64,000 nt of DNA from an uncultured Planctomycetaceae bacterium (GCA_963833985.1 CAWIAD010000001.1:3040001-3104000), one strand, 5' to 3'. Shown: positions 55,336 through 64,000, counted from the stretch's first letter. Notes: a model not told the origin generated them from the letters alone. Numbers and translations: made by a program.

Positions 55336-55700
55336 GGTTTGTCAAACCCCCCCGACCTTGGACTGGATAGTGTGGACCACAGTCGCGTGGTTGCGGCTGG
55401 GTCGCGGCCGATCCAGGCGCTGCGAAACGACCGGGATCAAGACCTGATATGCACGCGCGATCAATTGCTCCTGAAGCCGAGTGAACTCGAAGTGGCGGGT
55501 GACAGGAGGACTGAACGTGGGCCTCCGTGGGGACGTGATCATGTCGACTCCTCCTCTCCGAGAGCGCGGCCGCCAGCCTGCCTTGGATCGGGATCGAGTC
55601 GGGGCTGCCATCCGTGCCCGTACTTCGGTCGAAGCCGCGATCTGGAAATGACAGAGTCAGGAATCAGGGACGATTTTGCAACATTGTTGGGGGCGTGATC
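53682..55700 (-). mobile_element. Minimal large-serine-recombinase element with 23-bp terminal inverted repeats
   Basis: GATCACGCCCCCAACAATGTTGC (53682-53704) and its perfect reverse complement (55678-55700). Removing 2015 bp leaves one GATC and restores the RT frame (GTPQGAPI-SPLLSNIY). Confidence 0.92.
55342..55542 (-). CDS. Small accessory protein upstream of the recombinase (66 aa)
   Basis: Strong RBS GAGGAGGAG 5 nt before ATG; MITSPRRPTFSPPVTRHFEFTRLQEQLIARAYQVLIPVV..; stop 6 nt before the recombinase ATG. Confidence 0.7.
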   Translation of the reverse strand: MITSPRRPTFSPPVTRHFEFTRLQEQLIARAYQVLIPVVSQRLDRPRPSRNHATVVHTIQSKVGGV

Positions 55701-56395
55701 GGTGCACCTTGCGGTGTACCCATCCCCTGGTCTTTATTCCGGGTCGTTCGATGGCGCTGCCCCTTCCCGTCGGTTTCTTCCACCGGTGTTTCCAGCCACA
55801 TCTTGATCAGCCGCAGGACGCGACCGTCGCTGATGCGCCGTGACGCCGATTTCATTAACTCGGAATGGGGTATGCTATCGAAATATCCAGATAAGTCCGC
55901 GTCCACCACCTCGGTGTGCCCCGTCTTGAGCAGCCGTTCGACTTCGCGGACGGCGTCCAGGGCGCTGCGCTCCGGGCGGTAGGCGTGTTGTTCCGGCTCC
56001 AGGTCGGCCTCGAAGATCGGCTCCAAGACCAGCACCGCAGCCATCTGCACCACACGATCCTTGATGCAAGGAATGCCCAGCGGCCTTTGCTTGCCGTCCC
56101 CTTTGGGGATGTACACGCGCCGCACCGCCTGGGGTTGATACGTCTCCTTACGAAGTTGTTCCGCCAGTTCGTCCAGCCATCGTTCCTTCCCGGACGCCTC
56201 GATGTCGGCGAAACTCTGGCCGTCGATCCCCGGTGCGCCGCCGTTGGCACGGCAGCGTTCGTAGGCGAATCCCAGAACGTCACGTCGATAAATCTTGTCG
56301 TACAGGACGTAGAACCGATAGTTGGGCGCGTTCTTCGCTTTGGTGTGCAACGCCGTCTGCAACTTCCCGACCTTCAGTGGAGGTGATAGACTCAC
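55697..56395 (-). pseudogene. Group II intron RT/maturase, N-terminal part (interrupted)
   Basis: RFYVLYDKIY, GAPGIDG, RVYIPKGDGKQRPLGIP..DRVVQ, YRP.RSA.DA, VVDADLSGYFDSIPH, GTPQGAPI. Confidence 0.93.
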
Positions 56396-57061
56396 GCCAA
56401 TCTCCCGGCTGTCTGCCGCTTGTTGCGTTGACCTTGAACCAAGGCCCCTTCCCTCGACCGGAGTTACCCGGCGTCGACGGTACTACGGGCCTCTCCGCCA
56501 CCCCAGGCAGCCCGGCCGGTCCCTCGCGGGCGTCCGGTTGAGGGTCACGCGCCCTCACCGCTTGGGGTTTCCCGTGTTGTGTTGATCTCCGTGTGCCGAC
56601 ATGCCGTCGTCAATACCCCGGTGGCCCGCTGGGTTCTGATCGCTCGTGGGGCGGCCTATTCCAACCGTTTCCCTTTCATCCCCAGCGACGGCGGCCTTCC
56701 CCATATTCCAGCAAGGTCGGCGACCACATTGGACTTTTCGAGGCCTGCTCAACGTTCACTCGCGTTACGGCCTGTCGGTTCGCTGCATCGCCAAGCGACA
56801 CATCTGTCTCGAAGGCTCCGACGGTTTCGTCTCCTCCACCGCCGCTCCGATAGCTACCGGCTGGAGCGACCCAGTTGCCGGGTGGGAGTTACACCCACTG
56901 AAGACCAACACCTTTCCACGGCGCACCGGAATCGTGTCCCACGAGGCCGGACCTCATTGCATGGACTCTGAGAAGTTTGACGCAGATGAACGAACGAATC
57001 AAGAGTACAGGTGTTCCGAACCACGTGCTGTCTTTCATTCAGCACAGACCGGCCGCGGGGC

Positions 57062-60000
57062 TCAATCGCCTTGGGCAAAGGGCCTGGCCGGGAAGGCCAC
57101 GTCCATCATCAAGAGCTGGAAGTCTAGCCGGGTGCGGAGCGGCTCCAGTGAGGACTCGCCGTGGAGCTCGGGGGTCCGGAAGCCCTCGGCGGTGACCCGG
57201 CGGAGGACCGCCATCGCCTTATCGGCCTCAACCTGCCGTTCACCGGCCGGGATGCCCGAACCTTTCATGCCGGCGATTTGCGACAGCATCGCGTGGCAAC
57301 CGGCCTCGAACATCCCGAGCTCACCCGAGCGATCCGGCAAGCTCTCTCTCGCCACGAGCGCCAGGCGGAACTCAGCGACGGCGCCAGGGATGTCGCCGGC
57401 GGCGAGCCGGACCTGTCCCGATCGCAACCGGCACTCGCACATCCGGTAGCGATAGGCCCGGACCTGCGGGAAATCCCGGACCACCGCCTCCCTCATCGCG
57501 ATGGCCTCGTCACAGTTCGCCCGCGCCTCGGCCAGCCGTCCTTGAATGCGCTGGATCTCGGCGATGTTGATGAGGATGTTCGACAGCTCGTTCCGGGTCC
57601 TGGCCAGGACGTCGGGAGGATAGGTGTCGATGAGCTTCTGGAAGACGGCCCGCGCCGCCTCGTATTGCTCCAGGGCCTCATCCAGCCGGCCCAGGCCGAA
57701 GAGCAACCAGCCGAGGCGGTTGTACGAGATCCCCAGGTCGACGGGCTCGCCATATCGACCCGGATTGTCGTCGACCACCTTCTTCCAGGCGGCCACCGCC
57801 GCGCGGGAGTCGGCGATGGCCTCCTCCGCACGCCCCAGCTCGCCGGCAAAGTCGCCGCAGCCGCCGAGGCACTTGGCCAGGAACCGGCGATAGTCGACGA
57901 TGCCGGGATACTCATCGGCGAGTTTCCCCGCGATGTCCGCCCCCGCGCGATACGCCGATAACGCGTCGGACCACCGGTCCTGACTCCGCAGCGATCCGCC
58001 CATGTTGAAGTAGCTGACCGCATGGCTGATCCGGACCTGGGGGTCGTCGGGATCGGTGGCGGCGAGTTCCCGCGAGATCCGGAGCGCCCGCTCCTGATCG
58101 GGCAGCGACTCGGCGGCCCTCCCGAGAGCATTCAGCGGGCCGCTGAGCGCGTGGAGCATGCTCGCCAGGGACAGGAGCGCCTCCTTGTCCTGGGCGGAGA
58201 CGGGCCCGCGCGGCCGGGACGCGAGACCTTTCTCGACGGTTTCGCAGGCCCTTCGGAGCCAGATCACCGACTCTTTCTCGTTAGCCGACGCGTGGTACCA
58301 CCAGCCGATGCTCTGGAGGATCCGGCCTGCGACGAGGTAGACGGGCTCGGTCATGCCGTCCGCGGGCCGGAGCGTTTTGACGATCGCCAGGGCTTCGTCG
58401 TAGCAGGCCCTGGCCGCGGGCCGGTCGGACATCCCTTCCATCCCGAAGCCGGCGGACCTCAGGTTCCGCGTCAGGTCGAGCTTGATCGCGTCGGTCGCCC
58501 CTGGTCCCTCCGCGAGGGCGCGTCGGACCTCGATCGCCTTGCGGTAGATGGCCAGGGCGTCGCCGATGGAGAACGTGAGTTCGCCCAGCTCCTCGTAGGC
58601 GCGGCCCAGTGCGGCCCGCGATTCCGCGTCCGTCCGCTGCCTGAGCAGTCCCTCGAGCCGGCCGTAGAAGTCGGCCGCGCCCCGGAGCAGCTTGCCGCGG
58701 AGCTTCTGGAACTGGCCCTGCTTCAGCAGCAAGTCCTTGCTGATCTCGCCGTGGAACAGCTTGATCGCGTCCATGGCCAGGTTGAACCGCTCGCGCTCGC
58801 GGAGATTTGCGGCCTGGAGATCGGTATTGGCCCGGGTGACGTTCTCGTTCGCCTCCCTGAGCTCGGAGTTAGCCTCGACGACCCGGGCATTGGCCGAGGA
58901 CAGAGCCTTGTTGACCCGTTTCAGCTCGCCGTTGGCCTGGGCCTGGACGCCCGAGACTGCTACCAGGCCGGCCAGGGCCATCAACATGGCGGCAGCACAG
59001 GCGGTGACACCGGTACGGTGCCGCGTCAACCACCGCATCAGCTTGCGGCTCCACGGCTCTCTCCAGGCCACGACCGCCTCGTCGGCCATCCAGCGCTCGA
59101 TGTCGTCGGTCAGAGACTTGCAAGAATCGTAGCGGTCTTCCGGGTTCTGCGACATTGCCTTGAGGCAGATCGCCTCGAGTGCCCTGTCGATTGTGGCGTA
59201 GAGCTTGCGAGGAGACGGGAAGTCGCCCCGCTGTACCGCGCGCGATATCGCGACAATGTCTCCGCCTTCGAACGCTGGCTTCCCGGTCAAGAGACAGTAA
59301 AGGCAGGCGCCGAGACTGTAGACATCGGAGCGAGGACCGAGCTGGTCGATCTCGCCCCGGGCTTGCTCGGGGCTCATGTAGGCCGGCGTCCCCAGAGCGC
59401 TGCCGGGCAGAGTGTCGGCGCTGCCGCTGGCCGAGCTCGGCACGAGCATCCGCTCTTCCGGGTGGATCGTCGGCTCGGCCCGGCCCAGCGGCTTGGCCAG
59501 GCCCCAGTCGACCACCAGGGTCTCGCCGTGCTTGCCGACGATGATGTTGGCCGGCTTGATATCCCGGTGCAGGACGCCGCAGCTGTGTGCGTAGCCGATC
59601 GCGTTGCAGACATCGATGAATCGCCGCAAGAGCTTGCGGAGCTCCAGCGACCGCTGGCCAGGATCGTTCTTCAGCGTCTCATCGCCGTGGAAACTCTCGA
59701 TGGCTTCCTTGAGACTATCTCCCCGGATGAACCGCATGGCGTAATAGGGACGGCCGGTGCCGTACGTGCCCAGGCCATACACCGGGACGATCCCGGGGTG
59801 TTCGAGCCCGCCGGTGATCTCGGCCTCGATCAGGAACCGCTGTCGGCTGGTGGGGTCGTCGGCGTGGTGGTCGAGGATCTGCTTGAGCGCCACCTCACGA
59901 TTCAGCTCGGCATCCAGGGCCACGAAAACAGCCCCCAGCCCGCCGCGGGCATGCGGCCGGAGCACGCGGAACCGCTGACCGTCGCTGGTGGCTGTGCCGA

Positions 60001-60382
60001 CGGAGATGCTGCCGGTGCGTTCGGGATCATCGTCTTCCTCGCGGGTCAGGGGATGCGCCGACGCGACGTGGCCGAGTGTCGCCTCGATGTCCGGGTCGCC
60101 AATACGCACCAGGCTCTGCTGCGTCGACCTGGCGGCCGGGACCGCGGCCAGGCTTTTCTCCACGTCGCCGCCGTGGCGATTGAGGTGCCGGGCTACCAGT
60201 GCCTCGACCGCCACGCGGTCGTCCGCGTCCAGGTCGCCGCGTGCTTCCAGGTGCTCTGCCAGGCTCCTGGATTTATCGAGTGTCCAGCCCTGGAAGGCGG
60301 CCACAAGCTGACCCTGGTTGATCAGGCCGTTCTGTAGAGCGAGCAAGCCGAAGAGGAGGTGGCGGTCGGCAGCGGCAGTCAT
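57062..60382 (-). CDS. Ser/Thr protein kinase with TM, coiled coil and TPR repeats (planctomycete type)
   Basis: DRHLLFGLLALQ, HARGGLGAV, VALK, HRDIKPAN, DWGLAK, GTPAYMSPEQ, SDVYSLG; TPR-rich C-terminus. Confidence 0.95.
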   Translation of the reverse strand: MTAAADRHLLFGLLALQNGLINQGQLVAAFQGWTLDKSRSLAEHLEARGDLDADDRVAVEALVARHLNRHGGDVEKSLAAVPAARSTQQSLVRIGDPDIEATLGHVASAHPLTREEDDDPERTGSISVGTATSDGQRFRVLRPHARGGLGAVFVALDAELNREVALKQILDHHADDPTSRQRFLIEAEITGGLEHPGIVPVYGLGTYGTGRPYYAMRFIRGDSLKEAIESFHGDETLKNDPGQRSLELRKLLRRFIDVCNAIGYAHSCGVLHRDIKPANIIVGKHGETLVVDWGLAKPLGRAEPTIHPEERMLVPSSASGSADTLPGSALGTPAYMSPEQARGEIDQLGPRSDVYSLGACLYCLLTGKPAFEGGDIVAISRAVQRGDFPSPRKLYATIDRALEAICLKAMSQNPEDRYDSCKSLTDDIERWMADEAVVAWREPWSRKLMRWLTRHRTGVTACAAAMLMALAGLVAVSGVQAQANGELKRVNKALSSANARVVEANSELREANENVTRANTDLQAANLRERERFNLAMDAIKLFHGEISKDLLLKQGQFQKLRGKLLRGAADFYGRLEGLLRQRTDAESRAALGRAYEELGELTFSIGDALAIYRKAIEVRRALAEGPGATDAIKLDLTRNLRSAGFGMEGMSDRPAARACYDEALAIVKTLRPADGMTEPVYLVAGRILQSIGWWYHASANEKESVIWLRRACETVEKGLASRPRGPVSAQDKEALLSLASMLHALSGPLNALGRAAESLPDQERALRISRELAATDPDDPQVRISHAVSYFNMGGSLRSQDRWSDALSAYRAGADIAGKLADEYPGIVDYRRFLAKCLGGCGDFAGELGRAEEAIADSRAAVAAWKKVVDDNPGRYGEPVDLGISYNRLGWLLFGLGRLDEALEQYEAARAVFQKLIDTYPPDVLARTRNELSNILINIAEIQRIQGRLAEARANCDEAIAMREAVVRDFPQVRAYRYRMCECRLRSGQVRLAAGDIPGAVAEFRLALVARESLPDRSGELGMFEAGCHAMLSQIAGMKGSGIPAGERQVEADKAMAVLRRVTAEGFRTPELHGESSLEPLRTRLDFQLLMMDVAFPARPFAQGD

Positions 60383-60724
60383 GGTGCGGTTCCTGGCGAC
60401 GGACCGTCCGCGGCACGACCCAGGGCACTTCGTCGGATCCAGTTCAAAAGCGGAGGCGCACGTCGCGTCGGAGGCATTATCACAGGAACGCACAGGACCG
60501 TTTAATCCTCACCGGGCAGGCGCCGTCGTGCCGCGCGGTTTGCAAGATTCCCCCGCGGGGGACGCGGTTCTCACCTGGCAAGGAATTGCGAGCGCCTTCT
60601 GGATAGCGAAACCGCGGCAGCCAGTGTCTATGCAAATGCATGCTAATGTCAACACATTGCTCATAATTCGTCCCACCAGTCTGATGGTCGTGATCATCGA
60701 AGAATTCGTGATCGACCGCGTGCC

Positions 60725-60915
60725 TCAGTCGCCGATGCCGATTTCCCGATATTGCTCGCCCGGTCGGTGCTGGCTGATGCGGATGGTCATCCACTTGTCG
60801 AGGCGTTTGAGAAAGTCGAGAAGCTCTCTGGCGGTGAACCGGCTGAGATGACCGTTCATCAGGTGCGACACTTCCGGCTGCTTGAGGCCCAGAAGTGCCG
60901 CGATTCCCTGCTGCT
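60725..60915 (-). pseudogene. XRE-family HTH protein fragment (antitoxin-like), N-terminus missing
   Basis: KQQGIAALLGLKQPEVSHLMNGHLSRFTARELLDFLKRLD..IRI; upstream sequence does not resemble the usual N-terminus. Confidence 0.6.
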
Positions 60916-61083
60916 TCGGCGACGGTCGAACCCGATCCAGGGCTCGGACCGGACGGTGTCGGCGATGCACAGGGCGGTTGCCCGCAGGGGCTCCGCCTGG
61001 CAGACTGAGGGGCAGGCTGGGTCGTTGGGCGAAACTTCCGGGTGAACAGCCGAGAAGACAACACTGGCGAGGAGATAAGTCTC

Positions 61084-62529
61084 ATGCAGCGGATCCCGAG
61101 TTTGATGTTGGGACTGGTACTGGTACTCGCACCAGTTGTTCGCGTGCCGGCACAGACGGTCGCTGACTTCGCCCAGACGGCCGCTTTTGCGGCGGCGCAG
61201 CAGAATGCCGACGGCGGGTTCGCGGGCAGCCCGGGACAGCCGTCGACCCTCGGGGCCACGAATACCGGCCTGCGCGTGCTGGACTACTCGGGAGGCTCCG
61301 TGCTCGATGAGGCGGGTTGCATCCGCTTCGTCAACTCCTGCAAGGTGCCCGGCGGCGGGTTCGCCCAGCGCCCGGGCGGCCAGGCCGACGTCGTCACCAC
61401 GGCGCTCGGGCTCATGGCCGCGGCCGAGCTGAAGATCGCCGACAAGTCCATGGTCGATGACGCCGTCGCCTACTTCGGCAAGAACGCCAGGGCCTTCGAG
61501 GAGGTCCGCATGGCTATTGCCGGGCTGGAGGCCGTAGGGGCCCGGTCGCCGGACAACGCGAAGTGGGCCAGCCAGCTCGAGGCCATGCGCGCCGCCGACG
61601 GCGCGTTCGGCCAGGAGGGACCCAGCCGGGCATTCACCAGTGGGGGTGTGGCCGCGTCGTTCCTGCGCATGGGCATGCCCCTGAACCACAAGGAGCCGGT
61701 CATCGCCGCCATCAAGGCCGGTCAGCACGACGACGGGGCCTGGTCGAAGGACGATGGACCGACCGACCTGAGCAGCTCGTACCGCGTCATGCGGGGGCTC
61801 TACATGCTCGGAGAAAAGCCCGACGTCGCTCGGCTCAAGGGTTATATCGACCGCTGCCGGCACGCCGACGGCAGCTACTCGAACACGCCCGGCGGTCCCG
61901 GCAGCCTGGGCGGCTCTTACTTTGCCACGATTATCCTGCGCTGGCTGAGGCTGCTGGACAACGCTCCACCGGTGCTGGAGGCGGCGCCCTTTACTCCCCT
62001 GTTCAACACGGCGGACCTGACCGGGTGGGAAGGCCACTCGTCGCTCTGGTCGGCGCGGGACCGCATGCTCGTGGGTACGTCGCCGGGTCTCGACCACAAC
62101 GAGTTCCTGGCGACCCGCCAGCCCTACGGCAACTTCATCCTCTCGCTGCGCTTCCGCCTGGTGGACGGCCAGGGGAACAGCGGCATCCAGTTCCGCAGCG
62201 TGCGGGTGCCGGGCACCGAGATGTCGGGCTACCAGGCCGACCTCGGCGAGAGCTACTGGGGCTGCCTGTACGATGAATCGCGGCGCAACCGGGTGCTGGT
62301 GAAGGCTTCGAGCGACGCCCTGGCCATGCTCAAGAAAGACGACTGGAACCAGTACGTGCTCTGCGCGGTGGACGACCGGATCACGCTCTTCCTGAACGGC
62401 GCGGCCTCGGTCATTTATCAGGAAGAGGGGCAGAACATTGCGCGCGACGGGCTGATCGCGGTGCAGCTGCACGCGGGCAAGCCGATGGAAGCGCAGTTCA
62501 AGGACGTCCTCATCCGCAAGCTGCCGTGA
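61084..62529 (+). CDS. Secreted prenyltransferase/squalene-oxidase-repeat protein fused to DUF1080
   Basis: Repeats QNADGGF, GGGFAQRPG, DGAF, QHDDGAW, HADGSY; C-terminal LFNTADLTGW..NSGIQFRS..GYQAD..WNQY..G.IAVQLH. Confidence 0.85.
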   Translation: MQRIPSLMLGLVLVLAPVVRVPAQTVADFAQTAAFAAAQQNADGGFAGSPGQPSTLGATNTGLRVLDYSGGSVLDEAGCIRFVNSCKVPGGGFAQRPGGQADVVTTALGLMAAAELKIADKSMVDDAVAYFGKNARAFEEVRMAIAGLEAVGARSPDNAKWASQLEAMRAADGAFGQEGPSRAFTSGGVAASFLRMGMPLNHKEPVIAAIKAGQHDDGAWSKDDGPTDLSSSYRVMRGLYMLGEKPDVARLKGYIDRCRHADGSYSNTPGGPGSLGGSYFATIILRWLRLLDNAPPVLEAAPFTPLFNTADLTGWEGHSSLWSARDRMLVGTSPGLDHNEFLATRQPYGNFILSLRFRLVDGQGNSGIQFRSVRVPGTEMSGYQADLGESYWGCLYDESRRNRVLVKASSDALAMLKKDDWNQYVLCAVDDRITLFLNGAASVIYQEEGQNIARDGLIAVQLHAGKPMEAQFKDVLIRKLP

Positions 62530-63857
62530 TCAAACACGAGTCCATGAGGTTACTCAAACGTGAATATCCGCGAACGGGAGCTGCGAACATGAGCTCGATC
62601 GGGGGCGTCCCAGCAGGTGCGGTACGCAAAGGAATTTCTGATGGTGGGTTGCGCTGCGCCGACTCGCCTGGCGAGTCGTGGCGTCCGGTTCACGGGCTGT
62701 TGCTTTTGCTCGTGAGGCTGACGCTGCTGGGGGTTGCCGCCTGGCGTCCTGTACCCGTCCACGGCCAGGACTTCACGCCGCGGACGCTCCGGGCCCCGCT
62801 CCAGGAAGAGACCGGCCGGCGGACGCCGCCGGAGATGAACCACGTGCCCTCGGACGTGCGCGACAACGCGGGGCTGTTCTCGCCCACTGCGGTGGCGGCC
62901 GCGCGGGCCGCGCTGGAGAAGCTGGAGCGCACGCTGGGCGTGCCGGTGCTGGTTGAGACGGTGGAATCGCTGGGGGGCGAGAGCGTCGACGAGGCGGCAC
63001 TGCGGCACGCGCGGCGGGCCGGAGCGCAGGGGGTGTTCATCCTCATCGCCCGCAAGGAGTCGAAGATCGAGGTACTGGCGTCGCGGCGCTATAGCGAGGC
63101 GCTGTCGCGGCCGTCGCGACTGGGCGTCCGCTCGGCGTTCGTCGATGCGTTCCGGGAGAAGGATTTCGACGGCGGGCTGCGTGAGGGAATCTCGACGCTG
63201 GAGACCGCGCTCGCCGCGGCCAGGCGGCAGGGCAAGCTGCCGCAGGCGGAGCAGCCGGCCGGCCGTGATGAGTCGCCGGAACAGCCGCGCCGGATCCTTC
63301 CCCGGTCCAGCGCCGGCGCAGGTTCCGCAGCCAGCTTCGAGGGGACCGGCGGGCACGAGACAGAGGCAGGCAACGAGCGGGATCGGGGCAGTTCGTTGAT
63401 CGTCCGCAACCAGGTCCGACTGACGCTGGACGGGGCGCGGACGATGATGGCGGCAGCCGCGCGGCAGGCGGCAGCCATGAACCTGAAGATGAACATCGCC
63501 GTGGTGGACGACGGCGGGCACCTGCTGACCTTTGAGCGCATGGACGGCGCCCGGCCGGCCAGCGGCTATACGGCCATCACCAAGGCGACGACCGCGGCGA
63601 CCTTCCGCCAGCCCAGCGGGCCGATCCCCGCGGGCACGGCGAGCCCCGACCTACTGTTGAACGTGAGCCTTCAGCTCGCAGCCCAGTCGAGCGGGGGCAA
63701 GCTCACCACGCTGCTGGGGGGAGTGCCCGTCGTCGTGGAGGGCCAGGTGATCGGCGCTCTGGGCGTGGGAGGCGGCTCGGGCGAACAGGATGCTCAGGTG
63801 GCTCGCGCCGGGGTCCAGGCGCTGCTCGATGCGTTGCGGACGCAGGAGCCACGCTGA
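62526..63857 (+). CDS. TPM-domain + GlcG/HbpS (haem-binding) fusion protein; start uncertain
   Basis: VRDNAGLFS..GVFILIAR..F...DFDGGL (TPM); LTLDGAR..IAVVDDGGHL..RMDGA..KATTA..GGVPV..GALGVGGG..QD (GlcG/HbpS). Confidence 0.82.
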   Translation: MIKHESMRLLKREYPRTGAANMSSIGGVPAGAVRKGISDGGLRCADSPGESWRPVHGLLLLLVRLTLLGVAAWRPVPVHGQDFTPRTLRAPLQEETGRRTPPEMNHVPSDVRDNAGLFSPTAVAAARAALEKLERTLGVPVLVETVESLGGESVDEAALRHARRAGAQGVFILIARKESKIEVLASRRYSEALSRPSRLGVRSAFVDAFREKDFDGGLREGISTLETALAAARRQGKLPQAEQPAGRDESPEQPRRILPRSSAGAGSAASFEGTGGHETEAGNERDRGSSLIVRNQVRLTLDGARTMMAAAARQAAAMNLKMNIAVVDDGGHLLTFERMDGARPASGYTAITKATTAATFRQPSGPIPAGTASPDLLLNVSLQLAAQSSGGKLTTLLGGVPVVVEGQVIGALGVGGGSGEQDAQVARAGVQALLDALRTQEPR

Positions 63858-63898
63858 GCGTCATTCGCCCTCTGCCGCTCGGCCGCCACGTACGTAGT

Positions 63899-64000
63899 CT
63901 ACGGGTTGATCTCCAGGCCGGACCATCGGCCGCGGTCGTCCATGGAGTATTTCCAGCGGTGCTGGGGGTTACCCTGAAGCTCCAGGTGATCGACGTCGCG
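63899..64000 (-). CDS. C-terminus of a pyridoxamine 5'-phosphate oxidase-like flavoprotein (partial)
   Basis: Manual translation RDVDHLELQGNPQHRWKYSMDDRGRWSGLEINP*, matching the VD.L.L...P..R..Y....W....NP terminus of PNPOx-type proteins. Confidence 0.6.
   Translation of the reverse strand, partial: RDVDHLELQGNPQHRWKYSMDDRGRWSGLEINP

Larger units (their letters stand above)
52918..56926 (-). mobile_element. Group II intron (~1994 nt without the inserted element)
   Basis: 5' GTGCGCC at 56926; domain V AAGCTGGATGCGGGAACACCGCCCGTCCAGTTT (53023-52991); domain VI stem ending CTCGACTCTAC at 52918; RT/maturase ORF inside. Confidence 0.92.
52853..56942. repeat. REP-like inverted doublet split by the group II intron
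   Basis: Left arm GTGGGACAAGATTCCATTCTTGTC (52853-52876); right arm GACAAGAT (52910-52917) + CGGAATCGTGTCCCAC (56927-56942). The rejoined arm is a 21/24 inverted match to the left arm. Confidence 0.8.

Noticed and set aside
53682..55700. Prophage/ICE or DDE-type IS
   Set aside because: No phage, conjugation or DDE transposase genes; the boundaries enclose only two ORFs.
53082..56395. RT as retron, DGR or CRISPR-associated RT
   Set aside because: GUGCG 5' end, domains V/VI and the maturase X domain identify a group II intron; no TR/VR pair or cas1 is seen.
60725..60970. Intact toxin-antitoxin module
   Set aside because: Only a partial HTH remains and no toxin ORF is recognisable.

Overview
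GC-rich bacterial chromosome segment. Gene content suggests Planctomycetota, probably Isosphaeraceae-like (DWG-type Ser/Thr kinase-TPR, DUF1080 fusion, sulfatase, ECF/anti-sigma); this is inference. It is mostly housekeeping and metabolic genes (coaE, polA, citrate synthase family, tRNA-Asn, glgX, tyrS, peptidases, amidohydrolase, sulfatase). Three loci stand out. (1) A three-layer nested mobile structure at 52853-56942. A REP-like inverted doublet is split by a group II intron (52918-56926, minus strand). The intron RT gene is in turn split exactly at its PQG..ISP motif by a ~2.0 kb element with perfect 23-bp terminal inverted repeats that encodes only a 66-aa ORF and a large serine recombinase. 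(2) A coupled pair at 20019-24025, TIR-degenerate STAND plus multi-TM-STAND ATPase, a candidate defence/conflict module. (3) An operon at 44707-49854 with a PQQ dehydrogenase carrying the lanthanide-type D-x-D motif, a triplicated MxaJ/XoxJ-like binding protein and a di-haem cytochrome c. Many 1-2 nt frameshifts, including one in essential tyrS, point to consensus indel errors rather than real pseudogenes.
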